This document shows, in pieces, positions 25,069 through 36,785 of a stretch of DNA of 64,000 nt (within the stretch, counting starts at the first letter, position 1; every line of letters starts with the position of its first letter). Origin of the DNA: the human T2T-CHM13v2.0 reference genome, Homo sapiens. The stretch lies in assembly GCF_009914755.1 (NCBI RefSeq), contig NC_060942.1. One strand, written 5' to 3'. The notes under the pieces were generated by a model, which did no database searches, was not told where the DNA came from, and was given only the letters and a program-made list of their open reading frames with translations. A program made the translations under genes and the position numbers.

Positions 25069-27166
25069 ATTTTGTGTAGATAGGGAGTGGAGGGAAGGGA
25101 GAGGCTATGATAAATGTCCCTTCGTGTGCCTTAAGGGGACCTGGTAACTTGGTTTCTTTTGCTGGTATTAAATTTTTGCAATCTCTGAAAAGAGTTAACT
25201 TCACAGCGGCAGTCTAGGGATGTAGGCCAGAAAGTGGCTTGGAGGCTGTTTCATTTAAGCATCTTCCAACTTCACATGAAGCGCCAAAATATGAAGAGCA
25301 GTGTGTAGACGCAGCTTGCACCGTTTTCTCACCCAGCCTGCACCCCTGCAGCGGAGGACCCTGGCGTTCCAGGGCCTGCAAAGCCATCCCCACTGGTGCC
25401 CACGGGATTTCCAGGCCTGAAGGCTCAGCGTGTCACATGCGTGTTTGCTTGATTCTGTGGCCTGTGAGTCCAGGCCATCAGAATGTATGCCCGTGCACAC
25501 ACAAACGAGATCTGTGCTTTCTACAACTCTTGGACCTTCTAAGTAAACAAAAGGAACATTATCTTTCTTTTCCCTTCCACTTCTGCCCCAAAGACCTGGA
25601 CAAGAGTTCACTGCACAGTCTGTCCCTGGGCACTCAGGCCACTCTTCACTCACTCTGCCTCCTAGTAGCTCCTAGAGGTGTGCTTTCTGGAAAACTGATT
25701 TGGTAAAGCCTTCTGGAGGAGGAAAAGCTATAAAATATGACAATCACAAGTCTGGAAAGCCATCCAATCAACCAGAAACGTCTGACTCTTGGGTGTATCT
25801 ATGTGAAAGAGGTACATTGCCAAGTGCCTATTAGTTTAATAACATTTCAAAATTAACTGCCCAAATAGCACATTTTATAGCCCATTAGGGAAATGTCTAT
25901 GTTTTGAGAGTGCAGGTGTTGCACTGTTAAGTGAGACTGGAGTGTGCACATGCAGCTCACATCTACCTGTGTTTTGTGCAATCCTCAGCAGGCTGAGGCA
26001 GAGGAAAGAGACTTTCTATAGGATGTCAGAGGTGGCTTTATACAAGGGCATATTGGAAACAGTTGGCACCAGTCAAGAAGCCACACCTTGTCAACTGTTG
26101 CTAAGTAACTTGGAAGACTGCTATATACCACTGGTTCCTTGCATCAAAGCAAAGATTTTGTTCCATGAGACCCTATCATCTTGGGTCCACTTTGGAAATT
26201 AAAAGCAAACTTTTTTCCCTGCAGCCAAGTGCTTACTCTGGCCACTCTCAAAAGAGGCAAGCTAGTCCTCGCCTTTCCTCTTGAAACTCCTGAAGACAGC
26301 AGTCTAGTGGCAAAGCATTCACAGTCATATATTTCAATACCCCAGGCTAAATGTTTGCTTATGAATCGCACCTTGAACTGAATTAGGTAAAACAATGAGT
26401 AGAATGAAGGTGTGGCTTGCTCAAGTTTAAGTCCAGATTGATTCAATAACTGGAGGAATGGCTGATAAAAAAAAATAGGGGCAGAAGGGTGGGTAATGGG
26501 GGTAGCAGTGACTATTAAACTAGATATGTGTCTGTTACGTTGGTAGCCAGGTGAGGCACAACTAGACAAGATGGATTTCTTTCTGGGAGTGCTGTGCCAA
26601 GCATAGAAGTGATGAAAAGTTCTTCCTCAGGAAAACAATGTTCCTTCATATTAGAGACAGAGCTTGAAGACTGGTGTGAATGAGAAAGTATGATGTAGGA
26701 AAGAGGGAGGAATGAGAAAGGATTGGAAGAGAAAATGGGAGAGTCTGTTGACAGTGGGAGAAATCAGTGGACACTGGAGCCCCTGTGGCTGAAGATTCTG
26801 AAGAAGACAAAAGAGAATGTGAAGGAAGTCAGTGTGGAAACTGAGACCTGGAACAGCTTCTCCAACACCTCTGTGTGTGTTTTGCTGAATTTGCATGTGG
26901 GACACTTTATGTAAACATTTTCTTTATATGCGGAAAGAAGATAAGGGTGTCTACCTGTCCGAGCTGTGGTAAGGGCTGACTGAGATAATGCATCTGCAGT
27001 GCTCTACGTATAGTAAGCATTCAATAAATAGTAGTTACTATTATAAGCTGTGTTTAAAAGGGGCTTAAAGGTCACCTATCACTTCCAACACTTGTTGCCA
27101 CTAGACTATTTCCACCAAATGCCCCTCTTGCCTATGCATTACCTGTGATAAGAATCATTACCTTCA

Positions 27167-27322
27167 GGCCAGGTGTCATGGCTCACAGCACTTTGGGAGG
27201 CTGAGGTAGGAGATCACTTGAGCCCAGGAGTTCAAGACCAGCCTGAGCAAGAAAGTGAGACCTCACCCCACCCCGCCACCCAGCCTCTACCAAAAAAAAA
27301 AAATAAAATAAAATAAAAAAGA
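27167..27322 (+). mobile_element. FLAM/AluJ monomer
   Basis: Single Alu left arm plus A-rich tail. Confidence 0.85.
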
Positions 27323-27899
27323 AAGTCTCATTACCCCTGAATAGTCTTCTATTTCATAGTGGAACATAGTCAAATATGAAACTATGGAATTTCGTTTTCC
27401 ATAGTTGAAGGTAAAATGTGTCTCACTACCCTTTTTACCAGTTGGTTCTGTTTCTATTCATGGTAGTCCTCCAAATGTGTAAACTGTGTTTCACAAAAAA
27501 GCATTCCAAATTGTTTAAAACAAATCACAGATGCTCTGCATGACTTCTTTTGTTGAGGCTAAACATGACCTGTCCCTTTGGTCTCTCCTCACATGATCTG
27601 CTTTCACAATCTTTCCTCATCTCTTACCCTCCAAATTGCCTCTGACCTCCTTAAAATATAAACACACTGCTTCGGCCCAGTCCTCCTAGCAAAACACGTC
27701 AGTTCAACATGCTGCTGTCAGTGTAGCTTTTGAATGGGCAAGTCACACTCTTGATACTCATTGAGTTTCCTGAGAACTAAAACTCATGTATCTTCATATG
27801 TTACTGTTTGTGCATAACTTTGTGGAGGAGTCCTAGTTTTGTCCTTTAATGTTTTCTTTTCTGTAAAAGGAGAAGATTAGACTAAATGACTAATGAGGT

Positions 27900-29520
27900 C
27901 CATTTAAGACAATTATTTGGAAATAATTTAAACTTAAAAAATAGGGGAAAGTGGTGTGAAGAAATTCAATATCTGTCTCTCCTAGTTTTCCTAATTTTTA
28001 TTATTTTATATTTGATATGTCTCTAGATATATCTAGATAGGTAGATAGATACTCATGATTAATATTCTTTTTTCTGAATCAGTTAAGAGCAGGTACAGAC
28101 ATGCTGCTCCATCACCCTTAAGTACTTCAGTGTGTGTATTTCCCCCAAACCAGGATTCTATCTTACATGAGCATAATACAACATTGAGATAACACCATCC
28201 ACAAATCCATAGAATCTATTCAAATTTTGCCAACTTTCCCCTGAATGTCTGTTTTTCTTTATGGTCCAGAATCCAGCGTAGGATCACATATTACATTTAG
28301 TTGACATGTCTTATTATTTTCCTTTAATCTGCTACAATTTTTCAGTTTGTTCCCCAACTTTCATGACCTTCATGGCTTTAAAAACATATACCTTTCATTC
28401 TGTAAGCTGTTGCTCCACTTGGGTACATCAACTGTTTCTTCATATCTGATCCAGGCCATACATCCTTATCAAGAACATCAAAGAAATGATACTTTACCAC
28501 TGAGAGTGCATGACATTAAAAGGCATGTGGTATCAGTTTAACAGAACCACCATTATGATGTTAACTTTTAACATCTGGATTAGTGGATACTGGGATTCTC
28601 CATTATAAAGTCACCATTTTCCCACTGGTAATTAATAAGTATTTTGGAATATGCTCTGAGGTTACACCCATATTCTGTCCACATTGAAACTTCACACAGC
28701 CAGTATTGGCGGGCATTGATAGCGCCTGCCTAAATCAGTCACCATTGTGATGGCTGCCAAATGGCAATTTTCCATTTGCACCTTTGTTTTTTTTTTGTTT
28801 TTGGCATTTATTAGTCGGCATCCTTCCATAAAGAACATCTTGCCCTTCCCTGCACTTATTTACTTATTGTAGTCTAGGCTTATGGTTTTCTAGTCTATTC
28901 TATGGGTTGCATTCCATTACTTTCATTATTTATTTTGATACCCAAATTGTCCCAGATTTTGCAAGTGGGTGTCTTCTCAAGCTGGCTCTTAGGTCCCTCT
29001 GACATGTTCCCATTGTGTTTTGAGCAACCGCTTACTTTGTGGCACATCAAGATGTTCCAGGCTCATTTTGTACCTTCCCTGCCCCTGCCCTGAAATCAGC
29101 CCCACTCTCCAAAGAGGCCTGGTTCCTCTCAGTGGAAGATGGCATTTAAAAACCCGATCTGGACCCTTGGTTGGCTACTACTGCTGGGGTGTCAGACTTT
29201 TAGGCCCTTTCAGTGGACACAGTTAGGAAATAAATGATACAGGGTCACACACAACCACACATACACATGTATGTTTGTTACTATATGTGTGGATATCTGT
29301 ATCTGTATCCATCTATAAATATATGTGTACCTCTATATCTCTATAACTATCACTATATTGTGGATTCACATCAATACCTTCCATTCCAAGCCAACACGTC
29401 AGGATTCTTTTTAGCCTTTCTCCTTTCTATATTTGTAAATCTCTTCTCCAACAAACAGAGAGAAACCTGACTCCCATTATCTTGAGTATATTGACTTATT
29501 TGCTCCATCTGGCCTTATAT
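27900..29520 (-). mobile_element. Old L1ME/L1MC 3' region
   Basis: taagtacttcagtgtg, caaattttgccaact, caaattgtcccagattttgcaagtggg, gatgttccaggctcattttgtac motifs. Confidence 0.75.
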
Positions 29521-29679
29521 AACAATCTCTGACGACATCAGCCGCCTCCTCACTCTTGCCCCGATTGCTGCGCCTTTGATCCTCCTGCCCCTGGGCTTCT
29601 GGCTCCACCACAGCCTCTGTGACATGTCTCCTTGGTCCCTGGTTCTGCTGCTGCCTCCTCAGCTTCTGACCACACCCAC

Positions 29680-30790
29680 TCAGTAAAATGACTTTGCTGT
29701 CCTTGCAGTTGTTCAGGTCAAAATCCTGAAGTTATCCTTCATAATATTCTTTCTCTCACATCCTGTACCCAATCTATAGCAAATTCTGTTTGCTCTCCCT
29801 TCAGATAGGCCCAGAATTCAACCCTTTCTACCATCTCCACCATGACTTCCCTGGCTCTGGCCAACATCATCTCTTGTCTGGACTTTTTTTTTTTATTTAG
29901 ACAGGGTCTCACTCTGTTGCTCGGGCTGGACTGCAATGGTGAAATCTCGGCTCATTGCAACCTTTGCTTCCCGGGTTCAAGAGATTCTTCTGCCACAGCC
30001 TCCCTAGTAGCTGGGATTACAGGCACCCACCACTGCACCCAGCTAATTTTTGTATTTTTAGTAGAGACAGGGTTTCACTGTGTTGGCCAGGATAGTTTCG
30101 AACTCCTGACCTCAGGTGATCCACCCACCTCAGCCTCCAAAAGTGCTGGAATTACAGGCGTGAGCCACCGCGCCCGGCCTTGTCTGGACTTTTGTAATCG
30201 TCTCCTAACTGATCCCCTGCACCACCCCTTCCTTACTTTCCTAAAGACAATTGTCAGTCCAGTAGCCTGAATAGTACTTTCAAAATATGCCGCATCATTT
30301 CACTTCCTTGCTCAACGGCGTCCACATTGGCAGATCCTAACGATCTGCCTCTTTCACCTTGTCTTCTACTGCTCTCCACCTGTCCCCTCCTCAGCACGCT
30401 GGCTTTCCTACCCTTCCTTCTACCTGGGACTTTCTTCCCCATGTAGCCTCATATCTCTCTTCCTCACCACGTTTAAGTCTTTGCTCAAACATGTCTTTTC
30501 AGTGAAGTCTTGTCTGGGCACCATATTTAGCATTGCACTCCCTCCTTCCGATTTACCTTCTCTCCCTCACCTGCTTGGCTTTTCTGTGTAGCATGTATCA
30601 CAGTCTACCATACTATATATTGTCTTGATCCAGTTATAGTCTGCAGCCTCCCTGCCCTCCTGCCTTGATTATAAACTCCGTGAAAAGGGAGAGTTTGGCC
30701 CGTTTTGTTTACTGCTGACTCCACAGTGCCTATTGCAGAGCCTGATATATAAGAGATCCTCAATAAATATTGGTTAAATTAATGGATGAA
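29680..30790 (+). mobile_element. L2a 3' part, interrupted by an Alu
   Basis: caacatcatctcttgtctggac...ctcaataaatattggttaaattaatggatg L2 tail. Confidence 0.8.
29884..30179 (-). mobile_element. AluS
   Basis: Full antisense Alu, TSD ttgtctggactttt. Confidence 0.95.
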
Positions 30791-32090
30791 ATTACAAAAA
30801 TACAGAAATGTATTTAGGAGTAACTATACATATACCCATGCTAAGTGGTTGCCAATGTGACTTGAGAGTCTGAGGCCAAATGGTGTTAACCTGAAAGGTT
30901 TCACAGAAAGGAATTCTGCACACACATTAAAGGCAGAGTATAGTAAAAGGCTATCAAAAATGTAAAGACAGAATAAAACACATTTCATTCAGCTCATTGA
31001 GCTTCATTGTGTTTGATGATTATGAACTAGAGTACGTAATCTGGAAACAGGGGCTATCAGGCATCAATTAACCACTTGTCAGACCAAATTATGTACCATT
31101 AGGCATTAAAATCAAAAGTCCTAGAAATATTTCCAAACACAGTCTCTAAAATCATCTATTCTATTCACAGGCTTTAGACATATTTTTCTGCTATGAAAAC
31201 AGAAGCAGAAAGAACTCATTAAAGGGGTTCAGGAAATTTTAAATCTAGTACCTTCTTCTTTCTTTAAAGGCATCCACTCAGTTCACCAAGGGAAATAAAG
31301 CCTCTTCTTTCATTATTAAAGACCTAGGTCCAACTTGGTCCTTTATAAGGCATAAATCCTCAGAAAACATTTATATAAAATGTAATGGAAACTCATACAC
31401 ATTGGACAAATTTTCAGCATCGATTAGTCATCACATTTTTAATGTACCTCATTCTGCATACTTTGGAAGACTCTGAGTGCACATTTGAAAACTGTTTAGA
31501 AAGCAAGTTTCACTGAGGCCAGTCTTACAATTATTTAATGACGGTGCTTAGTGACAACACATAAGATACTTATATTTGCAATTGCAAAAGTTGTTATTTT
31601 TATTTTCTATAAATCTCTCCAAATATATAGCTATACATTTGGGATATTTCAATGAGCTCAATGAATTGAATGAAAAATATAACTCTGATAAAAATTTTAG
31701 GTATTCTAACTTTTAAAGGTTTTCAGCACATCCTTGACGGAATGTTGAGGTGGTTGGAAAGAGAGTTATTTCTTTTAAATTTATCTCATTAGTATGTAGC
31801 TTTCAAAATGAATTTTGGATTCTGCAAAAATAGCTATCTGGTTTGTGCATTAAGGATCTTTTGCAAGGAAGACCTTTCCATGTTTACTCAAAGGAGCCAT
31901 CACTGCTAACACAATGACTGGCAAAGCTCATTGCTGGTGTCCAATGCCTACCCGTGCACAAACTGGAGACTGACCCTTGCAGCATAAATCTCTTCTTCCT
32001 GATGCTGTTACTCTGGCACTGAAAAGTGTGAATGTTACGCAAAAAGTCAAATAAACCTAAGACTTCTTGAAATGCCTCCTAAGTTATTGC

Positions 32091-32134
32091 CTCATGCTGT
32101 TCCTTTATTAGCTCATGCTGTTCCTTTATTAGCT
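32091..32134. repeat. Perfect 21-bp tandem duplication
   Basis: ctcatgctgttcctttattag x2. Confidence 0.95.
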
Positions 32135-34319
32135 GTGTGATCTCAGCCTAATCTCTCTGAATCTCAATTCCCTTATGTGAGTTGGGAATGGCAATGAGTA
32201 TCTTATGGAATAGGTAGGATTAAATAAAATAATTTGGTGAAAGGTCTTTGAAAACTATGAAGTTCACAATCGTCCTCCTCATGAGGCTACCTATGGTGAG
32301 CAATGACAGAAGTTTTAAAGTGCTCTCAAATGTGAAGCCTCTCCTCCTCTTCCACCTCTTCCTCCTCCTTCTCCTTCTCTAGATGCTACAATCCTGCTTT
32401 CTCCCTAAGTGAAGTCCTACTCTACTTTTTAAAACAATTGACCTCTCAGTGATTTCTCTGTACTCCAGAACATGTTACATTTGACATGGCATGAACTAGC
32501 CCCAGAATGGTTTCTTTGAAATTGTCCCTAAATTAAAATAAAAATTTAACCAAGTTGCTGATACCAGAAAGTTCCAGAGTAAGCTCTGCCCTTTGCAGCA
32601 AAATATCAAACAGCAGTGACTGATCAATAAGCCTTCCACATAACTGCAGATCGTAAAGTCACTGTAAAGATTTAGCACTTGACGTTTCCTTGTTCTTTGC
32701 TTGATGCATGCCAGCCTCTGAAAAGAGCACTCTAGGAGACCGAAACCAGTGAGGTTATTTTCTGATCTGGAGCAACGCATGCAACCTCAGCAGTAAGCTG
32801 AAGTTTATTATCTGAAAAGTGAATTCTTTGTCAAATTTTACAAAGCAAGAAATGCTCAAAATACAACCTAAGACTGATACATGTAAGTTGGCAGCTGTTG
32901 ACATCTGTATCACCTTAAGCCAATGCTGGTAACTGGAGTGAAAGTTAATCTGAGTTATGCTTTTTATCTTTTAAAATGACAGCCATGCTCTTGGTCATGA
33001 AAATCCATGCATTTTAGCTGATATTTCATTTACTGAGATTGAGTTCATTTTAATTTTTCCTAAAAGAAATCATTGAATATCTTTCATTCAGCTAGAAACT
33101 AGGATCAGAAGCCCAGTTTCTAAAGGAGGCAACCACTTTCTCCAATTACCTTGGATTGTGCTGGTGTGAGCCTCCTCCAGTTTTGTTAGGTGATGGGTGA
33201 TGATCATATCCTTTACTGTACTTGGGATTTAGGTGTACTTGGGATTTGGGTCACTGCTAACCCAAAGGGCTGTCTTTTCTGAAAATAAATCCCCGCAGGC
33301 ACAAAGCTATCTTGTATTAGGGCAAACAATTGGCTGGTTCCTGGCACTCTCTGGCCCCCTTGTATTGTCTGGGGCTTTAAAGTCATGTATCTATATATTC
33401 TGGTCCCACCGACATCTAGCAGTAGCTGATTATGCAGTGTTAACCCTTCACTTTGATTGATTTCAGGAACTCTACGCTTGCTGGTGGTCCCTGAGGTTTT
33501 GTGGTAGCAGAGACTTGAGTTCCCTTTAACTAATGTTTAGGCAAGAAAGGGAAGAAGCAAAGCTCATCAAGACAGGGGCCAGACAAAGGGCTTTTTGCTG
33601 GAACAGTCATTCTATAGATCTAAAATGGATAATCCATGGGTTGAATTATTACCCTTTTAATGCAACTTTATAATACTCTTATGAAGTCAGCTGGGGTCAC
33701 TTCAGGTCAAAGCAAGACTAGCCGATTTCTGTAGTGATAGTATCCTATAATCTCGACTGTGTGGCTCCTAGATCTTGTCAGTCTCTATCTCTGACCTAAC
33801 CCTCACTTTTATGATCTTGTCTTACCTGGCTTGATGTAGTTGTTTGTGGGGGTTGGATTGTCCCCAGTGGAAGAGGCTGATGCAAGATTTTGCCAGACCC
33901 GCGATGTTGTGAAAAGGGATTTGAGACAGGTATCATGCAGGCATCACACAGGAATCCCAGAAACATGAAGGGTTTCTTTGGAACTGTAAGATACTAAATT
34001 ATGAGTTGTTTCCTCCGTAAATAGTGTATCACTGACACTTTAAAGGGAAGAATTTGCTCCAGAGAATTGTTCAGTCATCAGATTCTAAGTAAACTTGTTA
34101 GTGTTCTCATATTTCCCACATCATTGATCAACAAAAGGGACAATGCTTATTTTTAAAAGCTAATCTAGAATTTAAAACCTATAAGAAAATGACATTTCTC
34201 CCAGTGTTTCAACTTTAAAACCTGTATTTATGTGCACATAGCAAAGATTCCTGTAGGACCCTGAGTCACCTGGAGACTTATCAGGTTTGGCCAGATCTGT
34301 CTTCAGATTATGTTTTGAA

Positions 34320-34900
34320 TATGCCCACCTCTTCTGTCCTGCAGTTTCCAAACCTTTGTTTTCTCTTGCCTGGACTATCAGTAGCCTCCTGACTATTCCC
34401 CACCCCTGCTGCCTTCTGTCTTATCCTCCGCATTTCATCCAGAGAGGTCCCTCTTTTACTTGATACATTTCAGTGACTTTCCATTCCCCGCAGATGCAAT
34501 GCATAAATGCACAATGGAGCCCAGGCAGGGATTGCCACCTGCCTACCTAGCAGCTTCATCTCCTCTCACCTCACCAGGCCCCAGTGCGGCTTACTCTGAG
34601 TTCTACGATTGCAAAGAGCTCTTTTCTACCCCGGGCCTTCTCACTGGCTGTTTTATCTGCCTGGATTCCTCTTTCCCTGTTTTATTCCTCAAGCCCAATT
34701 GCTGACTCACCTCCTCAGGGGGAGCTGGCTCTCCCCTTGCACCTCTCAATTTCAGTTAAATTCCACATAACCTGTATATTCGCCCACCCCCAGCGCTGGA
34801 CACTCAGTAGTGGCCGATTCATGACATTCCCTGAGATGACCGCAAGATCTGTGAAGACAGAGACAGTGAGAATTTGTTCTCCCCTTTGTCTACAGCAGGT
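34320..34900 (+). mobile_element. L2 fragment
   Basis: tctcttgcctggactatcagtagcctcctgact..., ggctgttttatctgcctgga. Confidence 0.6.
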
Positions 34901-35158
34901 AGACGACCTTCACCTGGAGAGAAGGTGGCACATTGTGGTCGATCACACCAGCTCTGGAGCGAGACTTCCTGGGTTTAGTTCCAGCTCTGTCTTTCTGACC
35001 TGGGGTAAGTGACCAGCACCTCTGTATGTCAACTTCCTTATCAGCCCAAACGGACCACTGTGGTACCCATACCATTAGATTTCCTTTTCTGTCAAGTGGG
35101 GATAATGACAGGCCCCTTCCACAGTACAAAATTACGAAGTTTCGCTTAGTTCGTATGT

Positions 35159-35534
35159 TAATATACTTTGGATATTTGTCTCAGTCACCTGTTGAATTGT
35201 AATCTGCAGTGCTGGAGGTGGGCCTGGTGGGAGGTGTTTGGATCATGGGGGCGGATCCCCAAGACTGCTTGATGCTGTCTTCCTGATAGTGAGTTCTCAC
35301 AAGATCCGGTCCTTCCTCCCAACCCTCTCTCTCTTGCTCCTGCTCTCCCCCGTTTTGCCTGCTCTCCCTTCACTTTTCGCTGTGATCATAGCGTCCTGAG
35401 GCCTCCCTAGACGCTGAGAAGACGTCAGCACCGTGCTTCCTGTAAAGCCTGTAGAACCCTGAGCCAATTAAACCGCTTTTCTTTATAAATTACCCAGTGT
35501 CAGGTGTTTATAGCAATGCAAGGACTACCTAACA
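35159..35534. mobile_element. MST-family (MaLR) solo LTR, inserted in a MIR
   Basis: gttgaattgtaatc...ggtgggaggtgtttggatcatggggg...gagccaattaaacc...tataaattacccagt. Confidence 0.9.
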
Positions 35535-35705
35535 CTTATTTGTAAAGCACTTAAGAAAATTTCGAGCACCTGGTAAACAATGTTAGTTATTATTATAAGG
35601 TATTCTTACAATCAATAAATATTTTTTATTGAAAAAATGAATTGATTTATTCTACTTTTGTCATAGATTTTTTGTCCTCATTTTGGATAACTATTCCTTG
35701 ATTTA

Positions 35706-35790
35706 AATTATATAATACATATTAGTAATATGTATTATATATTAGTTATATGTAATACATATTAGTAATATGTATTATATAATTATAATA
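35706..35790. repeat. AT-rich 40-bp tandem duplication made of palindromes
   Basis: tatataatacatatt-agt-aatatgtattatata, then repeated. Confidence 0.9.
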
Positions 35791-36110
35791 GATAAAATAA
35801 TAAAATCCTCCTGGTTAACATAATTAGTTAAGAATTACATTTTTTAGTCAAGAAAGATATGATAAACAGCATCGAAAGTGCCAGATTTGTACTTTTTAAA
35901 ATATCAATTCAGAGTTGTAATGGATTTTGTTTTTGACACTTTCTTTGCCTTCCCATCACAGTTCAGGCATAAAATGATGGCTCACACAGTATCCCAAATT
36001 TGGCACTTCTTTTGATAGAAAAATAGAAGAAGGACCTGGAAAATCTCTGATAATTAACAAAGAGAGAAGAGCCATTTTGTTCCTTTTTTCAGATAATGTT
36101 TGTAATCATC

Positions 36111-36178
36111 CAAATATATTTATTAGGAACATTGCCATAGAGAACAAATATATTTATTAGGAACATTGCCATAGAGAA
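36111..36178. repeat. Perfect 34-bp tandem duplication
   Basis: caaatatatttattaggaacattgccatagagaa x2. Confidence 0.97.
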
Positions 36179-36660
36179 ATTGCCAGCTTCTTGACTGGTA
36201 TCAGAAAAAAATGCCTAAATTAACATTAGCTATCTATGTTTTTGGTCTCTTTTTTCTTTAAGTGAATAAATCCATTACACGAATAGAAAGAATAGTGAAA
36301 AGAACATTTGTTTCTACTCAAACCTTGGCTGTTTATGGTTGCGATGTCTCTTTTTAAGCTACAAGCATCTCTGTCATTATTTTCTGTAACTAGTCCATCA
36401 TTTATTACAGCGTATTTATCATTTTCTAGTTCACAACATTTAGAATGAACCATTATGACACTTAGGTCAAGGTAGCTTGTTATGTTGGAATGGTTTCTCT
36501 AATAATATATTAATGGCCATGATTTGGATATGTGATTATTTACTTTACAATTGGGCAAAATAATTGAGTATTTCTAAAATATAGGTATATCATATCCTGG
36601 AGAGTTGTTCTGTTTTTATTGTTGTTACTATTGTTGTTTTTTATGAAATGTATACATATG

Positions 36661-36785
36661 GGCTGGGCGTGGTGGCTCACACCTGTAATCCCAGCACTTT
36701 TAGAGGCTGAGGCAGGGGATCCCTTGAGCCCCGAAATTTGAGACCAGCCTGGGCAACATAGTGAGACCCCATCACAAAAAAAGTA
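36661..36785 (+). mobile_element. FLAM_C/AluJ monomer
   Basis: Alu left arm plus A tail. Confidence 0.88.

Noticed and set aside
29842-30270. 142-aa ORF (and similar at 11414, 15639, 42138, 54215, 61082)
   Set aside because: Alu-derived pseudo-ORFs
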